A DNA stretch of 64,000 nucleotides from an uncultured Eubacterium sp. Its GTDB lineage: Bacteria > Bacillota > Clostridia > Lachnospirales > Lachnospiraceae. The position numbers and the translations under genes are program-made. The notes under the pieces are model-generated. The model had not been told where the DNA came from. It was given only the letters and a program-made list of their open reading frames with translations, and did not search any database. How positions within the stretch are numbered: position 1 is the first letter of the stretch; each line of letters starts with the position of its first letter. The stretch lies in NCBI GenBank assembly GCA_945920185.1, contig CAMEJP010000001.1:45320-109319 (forward strand). Direction: 5' to 3'. Below, piece by piece: positions 17,685-27,672 of this stretch.

Positions 17685-19052
17685 CTACTTTCTGTCGTCG
17701 ATTTTCACGTAATCCGTCCTTGGACATACATTCATATATGCAGGTCTTATAATCTTGCCGGAATTGACAAGTTCCTCTATTCTGTGTGCGCTCCAGCCTG
17801 CAATTCTTGCAGTTGCAAAAAGCGGGGTATAAAGTTCCGTCGGAAGTCCAAGCATACTGTATACAAATCCGCTGTAAAAGTCTACGTTGGCACTGACGCC
17901 TTTATATATCTTTCTTTCCTTTGCGATAAGATTTGCGGCAATTCTCTCAACATTGGAATAAAGTCTGTATTCCTTCTGCATTCCCTTTTCAACAGCCAAA
18001 TCCTTCACGAATCCCTTAAACACTTCGGCTCTCGGATCTGAAAGCGAATATATGGCATGACCCATACCGTATATCAGTCCTGCCTTGTCAAATGCCTGCT
18101 TTTTAAGTATCTTGTCAAGATACGCAGAAAGTTCTTCCTCGTCATCCCAGTCATGCACATTTTCCTTAATGTCATCAAACATCTTTACAACCTTTATATT
18201 GGCTCCGCCATGTTTTGGTCCCTTAAGCGAACCCAATGAGGCAACTATGGTTGAATAAGTGTCCGAACCTGACGAGCTTACCACGTGCGTTGTAAATGTA
18301 GAATTGTTTCCGCCGCCATGCTCAGCATGCAGAACAAGTGCCACATCAAGTATCTCAGCTTCAAGAGGCGTATAACTCTGGTCAGGTCTCAGAAGCATAA
18401 GTATATTCTCTGCCGTGGATTTTTCGGGATTAGGCGCATGTATAAAGAGGCTTCCTCCCATATGGTAGTGATGATAAGCCTGATAACTGTACACAGCCAA
18501 AAGCGGGAACTCCGATATAAGCTGTATACACTGCCTCAATACATTAGGTATGCTTATGTCGTCTGCCTTACTGTCATAAGAGTACAGCATAAGCACACTC
18601 CTTGCCATGGCATTCATAATATCCTGACTTGGCTTCTTCATAATGATATCACGCACAAAGTTAGGCGGTATACATCTGTAAAAACCCAGAAGTTCATTGA
18701 ATTCCTTAAGCTCCTGCTTATTAGGAAGTTCTCCAAAAAGCAGAAGATATGTCGTTTCTTCAAATCCAAACCTATTTTCCGTGGTAAAACCCTTAATAAT
18801 ATCCTTTACATTGATTCCGCGGTAAAAAAGCTCTCCTTCACAGGGAATCTCATTTCCGTTTTCGTCCCTGGTCTTAGCCTTAATTTCCGAAATCTCCGTA
18901 AGTCCCGTGAGAACGCCCTTACCGTTCAAATCCCTAAGTCCTCTTTTTACATCATACTTTTCATACAGCTTAGGGCTGATATTATTCGACACGGAACACT
19001 TTTTAGAAAGTGCCTTTATCTGAGGTGTGACCTTTGAAAACTCATTATCCAT
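17685..19052 (-). CDS. gltA: Citrate synthase
   Basis: It is 455 aa. Motifs LHAEHGGGNNSTF, GPKHGGANIKV and VDFYSG are typical of the citrate synthase family. Confidence 0.9.
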   Translation of the reverse strand: MDNEFSKVTPQIKALSKKCSVSNNISPKLYEKYDVKRGLRDLNGKGVLTGLTEISEIKAKTRDENGNEIPCEGELFYRGINVKDIIKGFTTENRFGFEETTYLLLFGELPNKQELKEFNELLGFYRCIPPNFVRDIIMKKPSQDIMNAMARSVLMLYSYDSKADDISIPNVLRQCIQLISEFPLLAVYSYQAYHHYHMGGSLFIHAPNPEKSTAENILMLLRPDQSYTPLEAEILDVALVLHAEHGGGNNSTFTTHVVSSSGSDTYSTIVASLGSLKGPKHGGANIKVVKMFDDIKENVHDWDDEEELSAYLDKILKKQAFDKAGLIYGMGHAIYSLSDPRAEVFKGFVKDLAVEKGMQKEYRLYSNVERIAANLIAKERKIYKGVSANVDFYSGFVYSMLGLPTELYTPLFATARIAGWSAHRIEELVNSGKIIRPAYMNVCPRTDYVKIDDRK

Positions 19053-19235
19053 GTGTCTATCTCTCCTTTCACAAATATATTTTATTCGCAGTAAACATAA
19101 TGCGTATTGAATTTATATTATCAAATGAGCGTAAAATATACAAGCGATTTCACATTTTTTTCACAGGATGCATTTAAACATACATCTGCAATACGATTTT
19201 TCCTGATTATGAACCGATACAAAAATCCGATATGC

Positions 19236-20285
19236 TTACTTCACTTTCTTTAAGAATTCTTCCCAAATCTTTGTGTGTGTATCAAGGGCATCCGGCTTTA
19301 CGTCCTTTATAAATTCACCTTTATCCTTGTCATCCTCCATATTTGCAATGGCACTTTTATACCAGTCGCTAAGATACTCGTTTGCTGCCTCATTCGGATT
19401 TAGATAACATGTCCACTCTGCAACAGCGGCAGCATTCTTTCCGTCCATAATATAATTAAGGAACTTAAAAGCCATATCCTTGTTAGGTGCTTTGCTAGGT
19501 ACAAACAGAGCGTCCACTCCGTAACCCAGTCCCTCCTTTGGTGCAACAACCTTAAGATTAGGATTTTCATTGAGTGCAAGTATAACTGAAGACGTATACA
19601 GATATGCCACTGACACCTCGCCGTCTATAAGATAACGGTAAGCATAATTTCCGTCAATCACTCTTATGTTAGGTGCAAGCTCATAGAGCTTGTCAGCGGC
19701 CTTTAAAAGCACGCCCTCATCCTCCTCGTTAAAGGATTTTCCCATAGTTTTAAGAGCCATTCCAAGCACTACTCTCTCATTATCCATAACACATACGCTG
19801 CCTTTAAGGGAAGCATCCCACAGCGACTCGTAGCCCGTAATGTCTATACTTACTTTCTCAGGATTATAAACTATATAAGGGATTCCCGGAGCATAAGGCA
19901 CGGTATATCTATTATTCTCGTCATAATAATATCCCTTGTAATTATCCGAAATATTTTTGTAATTAGGAAGCTTATCCATATCAAGCTCAGATACAAGACC
20001 TTCATCTATTGCCATCTTTATGATGTAATCAGACGCCAGTATGACATCATAATCTCCGCCCTTGGCATTTTCAAGTTTAGAAAGCATTTCTTCATTGCTG
20101 GTCATATTTGTATAATTGATTTTTACATCATATTCCTTCTCAAATGAACTTAAAAGTTCTTCAGGAAAATATCCCTCCCATGTAAGAATGTTAAGTTCAG
20201 CTTTTTTCTTTGACTTACATCCCGTAAATCCGCAAAATGCCATAACGAGCACAAGGCACACACATACTATTCTCTTAATCTTCAT
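19236..20285 (-). CDS. potD: Spermidine/putrescine ABC transporter substrate-binding lipoprotein
   Basis: The lipobox reads VMAFCGFTG|C. It looks like a PotD/PotF-like SBP and lies at the end of a potABC-like operon. Confidence 0.8.
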   Translation of the reverse strand: MKIKRIVCVCLVLVMAFCGFTGCKSKKKAELNILTWEGYFPEELLSSFEKEYDVKINYTNMTSNEEMLSKLENAKGGDYDVILASDYIIKMAIDEGLVSELDMDKLPNYKNISDNYKGYYYDENNRYTVPYAPGIPYIVYNPEKVSIDITGYESLWDASLKGSVCVMDNERVVLGMALKTMGKSFNEEDEGVLLKAADKLYELAPNIRVIDGNYAYRYLIDGEVSVAYLYTSSVILALNENPNLKVVAPKEGLGYGVDALFVPSKAPNKDMAFKFLNYIMDGKNAAAVAEWTCYLNPNEAANEYLSDWYKSAIANMEDDKDKGEFIKDVKPDALDTHTKIWEEFLKKVK

Positions 20286-21054
20286 TGTCTTTCTTTCCTT
20301 TCCTGTTTAATAATGACAATAGTATCACAACAGTCAATGTAACCGCAAGCATAATCGTAAAAAGTACATTAATCTCTGGGTTAGGTATGGTCTTTAACTG
20401 ACTGTTAATCTTTACGGGAAGAGTATTTATTCTTGAACCCGTCAGAAATATACTGATAATCACATCATCAAATGACATTGCAAATGCCAGAAGCATACCC
20501 GATACAATGGCAGGCACAAGCTGTGGCAGTATAATATCCATAAAGGTGCGAAATTTTCCTGCACCAAGGTCATATGCAGCTTCCTCAAGTTCAGTGTTAA
20601 TAAGTGCAAGCCTTGACCTTACCATCAAAAGGACATACGGTATGCAAAAAGCACTGTGAGCTATAATAAGAGCCCCCATTCCCAGTCCTAAATCCAGTCT
20701 GCTAAAGAACGCCATATAAACCATTCCCAGTATTATTTCCGGTATCATAATGGTAAGTATTGACACATAGCTTACCGCATTTTTCATAAAAAGCTTTCCC
20801 CTGCTCATCGCATACGCCCCAAGCGTTCCTATTATGCCTGCTGCAACACTGCCGGAAAAAGCAAGGATGATGCTGTTCTTTAGTGCCTCCATCAGAGAAG
20901 AATTTTTAAGGATTTCGCCGTACCATTTAAGTGAAAATCCTTCATACACCATATAGTTGCTGCCCGAATTAAACGAGTATACTATAAGCACAATCACCGG
21001 AACATAAAGAAAAAACAGTACCAATCCCATATATATCTTTTCAAATATCTTCAT
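20275..21054 (-). CDS. potC: Spermidine/putrescine ABC transporter permease
   Basis: It is a 6-TM BPD-type permease with the EAA loop (EEAAYDLGAGKFRTFMDIILP). I prefer the start MKIFEK at 21054 (GGAGGG 4-5 nt upstream). Confidence 0.8.
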   Translation of the reverse strand: MKIFEKIYMGLVLFFLYVPVIVLIVYSFNSGSNYMVYEGFSLKWYGEILKNSSLMEALKNSIILAFSGSVAAGIIGTLGAYAMSRGKLFMKNAVSYVSILTIMIPEIILGMVYMAFFSRLDLGLGMGALIIAHSAFCIPYVLLMVRSRLALINTELEEAAYDLGAGKFRTFMDIILPQLVPAIVSGMLLAFAMSFDDVIISIFLTGSRINTLPVKINSQLKTIPNPEINVLFTIMLAVTLTVVILLSLLNRKGKKDNED

Positions 21055-21943
21055 TTGTCCCTCCATTCCGAAGCTTAAGCGAAGGATTGCACCGACGTTT
21101 GCGTCTAAACGCCGACGACTTACACGCCTTTACAAGTGCCGGAAGCAGCAAAAACACTGTGGTTATTGCAGCCAGCACCACCGCAAGAGCTGCACCGAAC
21201 GGAATATTTCTCGCATTTGTTATCTGATCTTTTATAAGATTTCCGATAAGGTATATCTTATTTCCGCCCATTCTCTCTGCCACAAAAAAAAGCCCCATGG
21301 CAGGAATAAATGTAAGCACGATTCCGGTATAAAGTCCGTTTATTGTAAGCCTTGCCGTTATTGTAAAGAAAGCCTTCACAGGTCCTGCTCCCAAATCAAA
21401 CGCGGCATCAAGAAGAGACCAGTCCATTTTTTCCATGGCAGAATACACGGAAAGTATCATAAACGGAAGCAGCATGTACACCATGCCGAATATAACCGTT
21501 TCATAATTGTACATAAGTTTAAGAGTTCCGTCGATAATGCCAAGCTTTATAAGCAGTCTTTCCAGTATTCCGTTTGCCTTAAGCACTGCCGTCCAGCCGT
21601 TTATCCGAAGCAGTGAACTTGTAAGAAAAGGTATGATAAGAAGCATAAGCACAAGCTGTCTGCTTCCCCTTTTAAGCCTTGCCATGAAATATCCGAAGGG
21701 ATATCCTATAAGTGCCGTAATAAATGTAGTGGTTATTCCCACCTTAAGCGAAAGCAAAAATGTATCCCTGTAATCCCATATTCTTTTGTAATTTTCAAGC
21801 GTAAACGTGTAATCCACCTGCATGCCGCCCGCCCGTTCAAAGAAACTGAGCAAAAATCCGTAAACCATCGGTCCCAAAACAAAAAATACGGAAAACATAT
21901 AAAGCGGAGCAGCCATAAGCCACAAATATCTGTTTTTTTTCAT
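21041..21943 (-). CDS. potB: Spermidine/putrescine ABC transporter permease
   Basis: It is a BPD-type permease with the EAA loop (LDAAFDLGAGPVKAFFTITARL), located between potA and potC. Confidence 0.8.
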   Translation of the reverse strand: MKKNRYLWLMAAPLYMFSVFFVLGPMVYGFLLSFFERAGGMQVDYTFTLENYKRIWDYRDTFLLSLKVGITTTFITALIGYPFGYFMARLKRGSRQLVLMLLIIPFLTSSLLRINGWTAVLKANGILERLLIKLGIIDGTLKLMYNYETVIFGMVYMLLPFMILSVYSAMEKMDWSLLDAAFDLGAGPVKAFFTITARLTINGLYTGIVLTFIPAMGLFFVAERMGGNKIYLIGNLIKDQITNARNIPFGAALAVVLAAITTVFLLLPALVKACKSSAFRRKRRCNPSLKLRNGGTNEDI

Positions 21944-21958
21944 ATCATTTTCCTGTCC

Positions 21959-23032
21959 TTAATCTAACGCCAGCAGTGCCGCTTTCATCGGCTCAATGTA
22001 AGCATACAGCTTTTCTCCCTGCATATACTCCTTGTCCATTCCGTTTACAAGGGTGCATATGGTGCTGCCCGAATCCGTTTCCAGCGTATATTTGCACATT
22101 CCCCTGCCGACATTGACAGTTTTCACGACAACGGGAATTGCATCCAAACCGTTATCCGTACGTGTCAGTCTTACAAATTCATATCTTACGGCAATTTTTA
22201 CATGCTGTCCCATAAGAATTTCATTTTCCCTTTTGGAAAGCGTAACTTTCATTCCAAGACAGTCCGCCAAAACTCTGTCATCACCCGCCTGTGTCACAAT
22301 GCCGTCCAATATATTTGTATCGCCGATAAAATCCGCCACATATGATGTAGCAGGTTCATAATATATCTGTCTTGGCGTACCTGTCTGCTCTATTTTGCCG
22401 TTTCTCATGACCACAATTCTGTCGGAGAGATTAATAGCTTCCTCCTGATCGTGTGTTATATAGAGAAATGTCATATCAAGCCTTTCTTGTAAAGCTTTAA
22501 GTTCCTCCTGAAGTTCTCTTTTAAGTCTCGCATCCAGTGCTCCTAACGGTTCGTCAAGCAGCAGAATCTTTGGCTCGTTTACTATTGCCCTCGCTATTGC
22601 TACACGCTGCTTTTGTCCGCCCGAAAGGCTTTCCACGGAACGCTTTGCATATTCGCTCATCTGCACCGCCCTTAGTGCCTCAAGAACCCTTCTTTCAGTC
22701 TCTGCCTTCCCCACTCCTTTTATTTTCAGACCGTAGGCAACATTTTTATACACATTCATATGCGGAAAAAGCGCATAGCTTTGAAATATGGTATTTACCT
22801 CACGTCTGTCAGGAGGCATACCGCTCACATCTTTTCCGTCTATCACTACGCTTCCCGTATCCTGTGCAATGAGACCTGCAATAATTCTTATCAGAGTGGT
22901 TTTGCCACATCCTGAAGCACCCAGTATGGTCACGAGTTCTCCACGTGCCACATCAAGGTCAATCCCTTTAAGCACTTTTTCTTCTCCGTAAGATTTGTGT
23001 ATGTTTTTTAGCTGAAGAACATATTCCTGCAT
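21959..23032 (-). CDS. potA: Spermidine/putrescine ABC transporter ATP-binding protein
   Basis: It has Walker A GASGCGKTT, signature LSGGQKQRVAIARA, Walker B LLLDEP, and a C-terminal TOBE-like domain. Confidence 0.9.
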   Translation of the reverse strand: MQEYVLQLKNIHKSYGEEKVLKGIDLDVARGELVTILGASGCGKTTLIRIIAGLIAQDTGSVVIDGKDVSGMPPDRREVNTIFQSYALFPHMNVYKNVAYGLKIKGVGKAETERRVLEALRAVQMSEYAKRSVESLSGGQKQRVAIARAIVNEPKILLLDEPLGALDARLKRELQEELKALQERLDMTFLYITHDQEEAINLSDRIVVMRNGKIEQTGTPRQIYYEPATSYVADFIGDTNILDGIVTQAGDDRVLADCLGMKVTLSKRENEILMGQHVKIAVRYEFVRLTRTDNGLDAIPVVVKTVNVGRGMCKYTLETDSGSTICTLVNGMDKEYMQGEKLYAYIEPMKAALLALD

Positions 23033-23079
23033 TTTTACCTCGCATTTTGGTTTCTGATGTCACACAGCATTAACGCTGC

Positions 23080-23646
23080 TTATCTGAACCTGTTACATTC
23101 AAATTTTGCCTGAGTTTTTACATAATTTCTTAACGACTGGTATCTCTCCTCCACATCTCCCTCTGGTACAATAGTATCAAGAGATGCCGCTATGGCGTTT
23201 ATGAGCCTGTCGTCTATGTTGTTTTTGTAAAGCGTAAGTATATTAAGCTTTTCGGCATAGGTATCGGCATCAAGGAACTCTATAAGCCTTCTGTCGACGC
23301 TTTCTTCCAAAGCATCTGAAATGCCTGAAGCATCCGAAACGTCTAAAATGTCCAGAGTGTCTGAAATGCCTGAAACATCTGTTTTGTCAGATACTTTTTC
23401 CAAGGCTTTTTCAATATCTTCTCTTTCTACCTTTTCAAATCTGTACTTTTGTGTTACAAGCGGATACTTTTCATGGTCTACCTCGCTCATAAACATTTCA
23501 AGCGGTCTTGCATATACCTTAAAATCACCGTAAAGTGCCTGATATATGACAAGTTCTTCACCTGTTTCCGAATGTATTGCAACACCCACTATCTGATACA
23601 GCTTATTTTTAAAATGTCTGTAAATATCACCTGTCTGTGGTTTCAT
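23080..23646 (-). CDS. DUF1653 domain protein with an acidic repeat linker and a C-terminal extension
   Basis: The N-terminus DIYRHFKNKLYQIVGVAIHSETGEELVIYQALYGDFKVYARPLEMF matches the DUF1653 pattern as I remember it. The linker contains DVSGISDTLDILDVSDASGISDAL. Its start overlaps the S8 protease stop (ATGA). Confidence 0.65.
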   Translation of the reverse strand: MKPQTGDIYRHFKNKLYQIVGVAIHSETGEELVIYQALYGDFKVYARPLEMFMSEVDHEKYPLVTQKYRFEKVEREDIEKALEKVSDKTDVSGISDTLDILDVSDASGISDALEESVDRRLIEFLDADTYAEKLNILTLYKNNIDDRLINAIAASLDTIVPEGDVEERYQSLRNYVKTQAKFECNRFR

Positions 23647-24458
23647 ATTTTCTTTAATACCTCCTTGGGGTCTATCAGACCGAAGCCCTGACGGTTTAAG
23701 GGTTCGTTAAGTTTGACCGCTGCTTCCTTTAAATACATTTTAACATCTATCGGTTTCATTTCCGGATGTTTTTCAAGTATCTTCGCTGCTATTGCCGTTA
23801 TCTTAGGCGTCGCCATTGAAGTTCCGCTTTTTAAGCAGTAGCCTCCCTTATGGCTTGTGCTCATCACATTGCCGCCGTAGGAGAGAAAATCCGGCTTAAT
23901 GACACACTCGCTTGTAGGACCTCTTCCTGAATAATTGTGATGAAGTTTTCCGACATTGTCCATATATTCTTCATCATCAAAAGCTCCTACCGTGATTACT
24001 TTCTTGCTAACACCCGGATAGGTAACGCTTCCTCTGTAAGGACCTCCGTTTCCGGCGGCACACACCACCACAATTCCCGAATCCCACATTTTTTCAACGC
24101 CTTCAACAAGCATATTGCTCAGTTTTCCCTTGCTCCCGGTACCTATGGATATATTGGCCGCACGTATGTTAAAACGCTGCCTGTTCTCTATCACATATTT
24201 AAACGCCTGAAGCATATCCTTTGATTTGCCCATTCCTTTGGAATCAAGTACCTTTAAAACTACCAGACGACACTCCGGGGCTATCCCGTATCGCTTTCCT
24301 GTTATGATACCTGACACATGTGTTCCGTGACCATTGTCATCATAGGGATTTTTCCTGCGACCCACATAATCAGAAAATGCCACAGTCTTTTGTCTTAAAT
24401 CTATGTGACTGGAAAATATGCCCGTATCAAACACAGCTATTCCTATTTCTTTTTCCAT
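23643..24458 (-). CDS. Subtilisin-like serine protease (S8), no signal peptide
   Basis: The catalytic triad contexts are AVFDTG (D), HGTHVSGII (H) and SGTSMATP (S). I place the start at ATG 24458. The ORF track uses a GTG 4 codons upstream. Confidence 0.85.
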   Translation of the reverse strand: MEKEIGIAVFDTGIFSSHIDLRQKTVAFSDYVGRRKNPYDDNGHGTHVSGIITGKRYGIAPECRLVVLKVLDSKGMGKSKDMLQAFKYVIENRQRFNIRAANISIGTGSKGKLSNMLVEGVEKMWDSGIVVVCAAGNGGPYRGSVTYPGVSKKVITVGAFDDEEYMDNVGKLHHNYSGRGPTSECVIKPDFLSYGGNVMSTSHKGGYCLKSGTSMATPKITAIAAKILEKHPEMKPIDVKMYLKEAAVKLNEPLNRQGFGLIDPKEVLKKI

Positions 24459-24518
24459 ACCGAAACTCACTTTTAAGTATTCAGTATATAATATGTTTTT
24501 TATCTGCGGGAGTTCTGA

Positions 24519-26495
24519 TTAGTTCTTTTTCTCTCTTAAAGTTCCGTCCCTGTACGCTGATACAAGTGCCTTAAGACCGTTAATCTTTTCTTTTATCTGC
24601 TTTCCGGTATCCGTATCGGCTACCATGATTCTCTCGCTTGCCTTCTCTACGATAACCTCCTCCGAGTATATATCGCTCTCGTTTTTTATGGCAAGCTCCG
24701 CAGACTCAAACGGCTCATGCGATACAAGTCTCAGCCCGTAAGAATTGTATATAAGCGTATATCCCGCTATTCCTGTCTGTTTCTGATAAGCCTTTGAAAA
24801 TCCCCCGTCAATTATAAGAAGTTTTCCGTTACATTTAACAGGAGTCTCTCCGTTTTTGGATTTTACCGGCATATGACCGTTTATAATATGCGAATGTTCG
24901 TGGTTAAGCCCAAACTCATCAAATATCTTGTTTATACACTCTTCTTTCTCTATGAGTGTGTAATAATAATCCTTCTTTTCACTCTGGATTTCTTTGTCAT
25001 CAAGAAAATACCTCTCAAAAGTAGCCATCTTTTCCTTTCCGTACACAGGCGAATTTTCATTTGACCAGATATACCACATGATATCCTGTCCAAAGCTTTT
25101 CTCTATATGGTGTTCCGGATTATCCTTGTAATAATAGCCCTTTCTTGCCCAGCTTTCCAGAATGTCATACAAAGCCTTTCCACTGTACTCACACGCCGCT
25201 ATGCAAACCTTTCTGAAGCTTCCGTCCTCGTTAAAAGGTATGCAGCCGTGGTACAAAAGGTTATTGTTGTATACAAGATAAAGGCTTCCGTTCGTGAAGA
25301 GAAATTTGACATGCTGCTGAAGCTTTTCGCAATGTACAAATGCCTGGCAGAGTCTCTCCATTATCTCGGCTTCCTCCTTGGACAACGCATACGGATCAGC
25401 CATATCTATGGTAGGGAAATTTGTATCCTTGAGCTTATACTCTCTGCCCTCTATAGTAACCACACCGCGCTCAAGATTCATCTTGTCAAGCAGCAGCCTT
25501 TTTTCCATATGAAAACCCGGTCTGTTCTTTATCATCTGGCCTTCCAGCTTAAACTGTATAACGGCTATTGCCTTATGCATCTTCTTATCTATTTCAAGAT
25601 CCTTTATGTTATAGTCATCTTTTCTGAAGGTTATGTCAAAACATTCGCAAGGATCATCCTTGTAGGTATTGAGAGCAAATGTGACAAGCGGCACAAGATT
25701 GATTCCGTAACCTTCTTCAAGCACATCAAGATTGCCGTACTTTGCCGAAAGCCTTATAACATTTGCAATGCAGGCAAGGTGACCTGAGGCGGCTCCCATC
25801 CACACCATATCATGATTTCCCCACTGTATGTCCACAGAATGGTGCTGCATAAGCGTATCCATAATAATATGTGCTCCGGGGCCTCTGTCAAATATATCTC
25901 CGACTATATGAAGATGGTCTATAACAAGCCTCTGTATAAGCATTGCCAGAGCCACTATAAGTTCCTTTGCCCTGTCTATGCCTATAACAGTCATGATAAT
26001 TTCATTGTAGTAAGCGTCTTTATCGTGAACATCCGTCTTTTCATGCAGAAGTTCTTCAATAATGTACGCAAAATCCTTTGGAAGCGCCTTTCTTACCTTA
26101 GATGTAGTGTACTTTGAAGAAGACCATTTGCACACCTCAATAAGACGATAAATGTTTATTCTGTACCAATCCTCAAGATTTTCCTCTTCCCTGACTGCTA
26201 TCTCAATCTTTTGTTCCGGATAATATATCAAAGTAGCAAGACTTTTTTTCTCTTTTTCGGTAATAGTTGAGCCAAATACTTCTTCTATCTTTCGTCTCAC
26301 TGCTCCCGAGCCGTTTTTTAACACATGGCGGAACTGCTCGTACTCTCCGTGAATATCAGTCAGAAAATGCTCTGTTCCCTTCGGAAGACTTAAAATAGAC
26401 TGAAGATTGATAATTTCAGCACACGCCGATGAAACAGTAGGGTACTGTTCCTTCAATACCTCTAGATATTTTATATCATAATCCTGTGTAGCCAT
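24519..26495 (-). CDS. fbp: Fructose-1,6-bisphosphatase class 3
   Basis: It is 658 aa. The N-terminus YLEVLKEQYPTVSSACAEIINLQSILSLPKGTEHFLTDIHGEYEQF is typical of Firmicutes class III FBPase. Confidence 0.9.
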   Translation of the reverse strand: MATQDYDIKYLEVLKEQYPTVSSACAEIINLQSILSLPKGTEHFLTDIHGEYEQFRHVLKNGSGAVRRKIEEVFGSTITEKEKKSLATLIYYPEQKIEIAVREEENLEDWYRINIYRLIEVCKWSSSKYTTSKVRKALPKDFAYIIEELLHEKTDVHDKDAYYNEIIMTVIGIDRAKELIVALAMLIQRLVIDHLHIVGDIFDRGPGAHIIMDTLMQHHSVDIQWGNHDMVWMGAASGHLACIANVIRLSAKYGNLDVLEEGYGINLVPLVTFALNTYKDDPCECFDITFRKDDYNIKDLEIDKKMHKAIAVIQFKLEGQMIKNRPGFHMEKRLLLDKMNLERGVVTIEGREYKLKDTNFPTIDMADPYALSKEEAEIMERLCQAFVHCEKLQQHVKFLFTNGSLYLVYNNNLLYHGCIPFNEDGSFRKVCIAACEYSGKALYDILESWARKGYYYKDNPEHHIEKSFGQDIMWYIWSNENSPVYGKEKMATFERYFLDDKEIQSEKKDYYYTLIEKEECINKIFDEFGLNHEHSHIINGHMPVKSKNGETPVKCNGKLLIIDGGFSKAYQKQTGIAGYTLIYNSYGLRLVSHEPFESAELAIKNESDIYSEEVIVEKASERIMVADTDTGKQIKEKINGLKALVSAYRDGTLREKKN

Positions 26496-26616
26496 ATAAT
26501 ATCTCCTTTTCGCTGAAGTATATATTTAATCAAAAACCTGTTCCTTAGACTCCGCACAATCTAACCATATATTATCATTTTTCCGCCATTATAACAAGTT
26601 GGTGTTTTTAAAATTA

Positions 26617-26645
26617 TTGACACTGTTTTTTAGTTTTGATACACT
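26617..26645 (+). promoter_or_regulatory. Candidate sigmaA promoter of birA, with an overlapping inverted repeat
   Basis: The sequence is TTGACA (26617-26622), a 17-nt spacer, then TACACT (26640-26645). The inverted repeat TTGATAC-N11-GTATCAg (26636-26660) spans the -10 element. Confidence 0.4.
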
Positions 26646-26709
26646 GTGTTCAGGTATCAGAACGCAAATTATTATAAAGAGATACTCACACCCTAGGAGG
26701 TTTAAAGGC

Positions 26710-27672
26710 ATGAAAGTAAAAAATAAAGTATTGTCAGTTCTTGAAGATAACAGAGATGTGTTTGTATCGGGTACAGAGCTTGCCGAAAAACTCAATGTAT
26801 CCAGAAATGCAATCTGGAAAGCCATCAATTCTCTTAAAGAGGACGGATATGACATTGTATCCGCTCCCCACAAGGGTTATCTGCTTCTTGACTCAAATGA
26901 CCTGCTTTCAAAGGAGGCTGTTTCACTTTTTCTGGACCAGGACTTCAAATCTTGCCCTTTACACATATACAAAACTCTTGCTTCTACCAATGCCACAGCA
27001 AAAGAAATGGCACTTAACGGTGCCTGCGACAGAACAATCGTCATATCCGAGCATCAGAGTGCAGGACGCGGACGGTATGGAAGAACTTTTTTCTCTCCTG
27101 ATCGCACAGGAATATATATAAGCTTCATCCTGCGCCCCCATATTACGTTTTCTGAAGCCACTCGCTACACCATATACGCCGCAGTTGCCACCTTGGACAT
27201 TATCACAAAATACTCTGACATAAAGCCCGCTATCAAATGGGTCAACGACATTTATATAGGCAATAAAAAATGTTGCGGCATATTGACGGAAGCTACCGCA
27301 GACTTTGAAAGCGGAAATGTGGAAAGCCTTATCATAGGAATAGGCATCAATATAAGCACCACTGTCTTTCCTCCCGAGCTGTCAGGCCGTGCCTGCAGTA
27401 TCTGCAATCCAGACATAAACAGAAATGAATTTACGGCAGAAATAATAAACCATCTGTTTAACATGATTGACTACATACCTTTTGAAGCCGTACTTAGAAC
27501 TTATAAAAGAAACAACCTTGTGCTTAATAAAAACATAACTTTTACAAAAAATGGCAGCTCCTTTAACGGAACTGCCACGGATATTGATGCACAGGGACGT
27601 CTTATTGTCAGATGCGGTAATGAGGATATAACTCTTAACAGCGGCGAGGTATCACTCGAAAACATATTTTAA
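26710..27672 (+). CDS. birA: Bifunctional biotin-[acetyl-CoA-carboxylase] ligase / transcriptional repressor
   Basis: It has an N-terminal wHTH (VSGTELAEKLNVSRNAIWKAINSLKEDGY) and a ligase core (QSAGRGRYGRTFFSP, KWVNDIY). The start is at ATG 26710, after AGGAGG. Confidence 0.9.
   Translation: MKVKNKVLSVLEDNRDVFVSGTELAEKLNVSRNAIWKAINSLKEDGYDIVSAPHKGYLLLDSNDLLSKEAVSLFLDQDFKSCPLHIYKTLASTNATAKEMALNGACDRTIVISEHQSAGRGRYGRTFFSPDRTGIYISFILRPHITFSEATRYTIYAAVATLDIITKYSDIKPAIKWVNDIYIGNKKCCGILTEATADFESGNVESLIIGIGINISTTVFPPELSGRACSICNPDINRNEFTAEIINHLFNMIDYIPFEAVLRTYKRNNLVLNKNITFTKNGSSFNGTATDIDAQGRLIVRCGNEDITLNSGEVSLENIF

Noticed and set aside
18285-19037. A 250-aa plus-strand ORF. Similar long antisense ORFs occur at 25107-25787, 30051-30842, 52039-52602 and 54948-55505.
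   Set aside because: Each lies entirely antisense to a gene with unmistakable family motifs (citrate synthase, FBPase, HAD phosphatase, MurD, PBP). Their translations are low-complexity or Cys- and Ile-rich with no RBS. This is typical of chance ORFs in AT-rich DNA.
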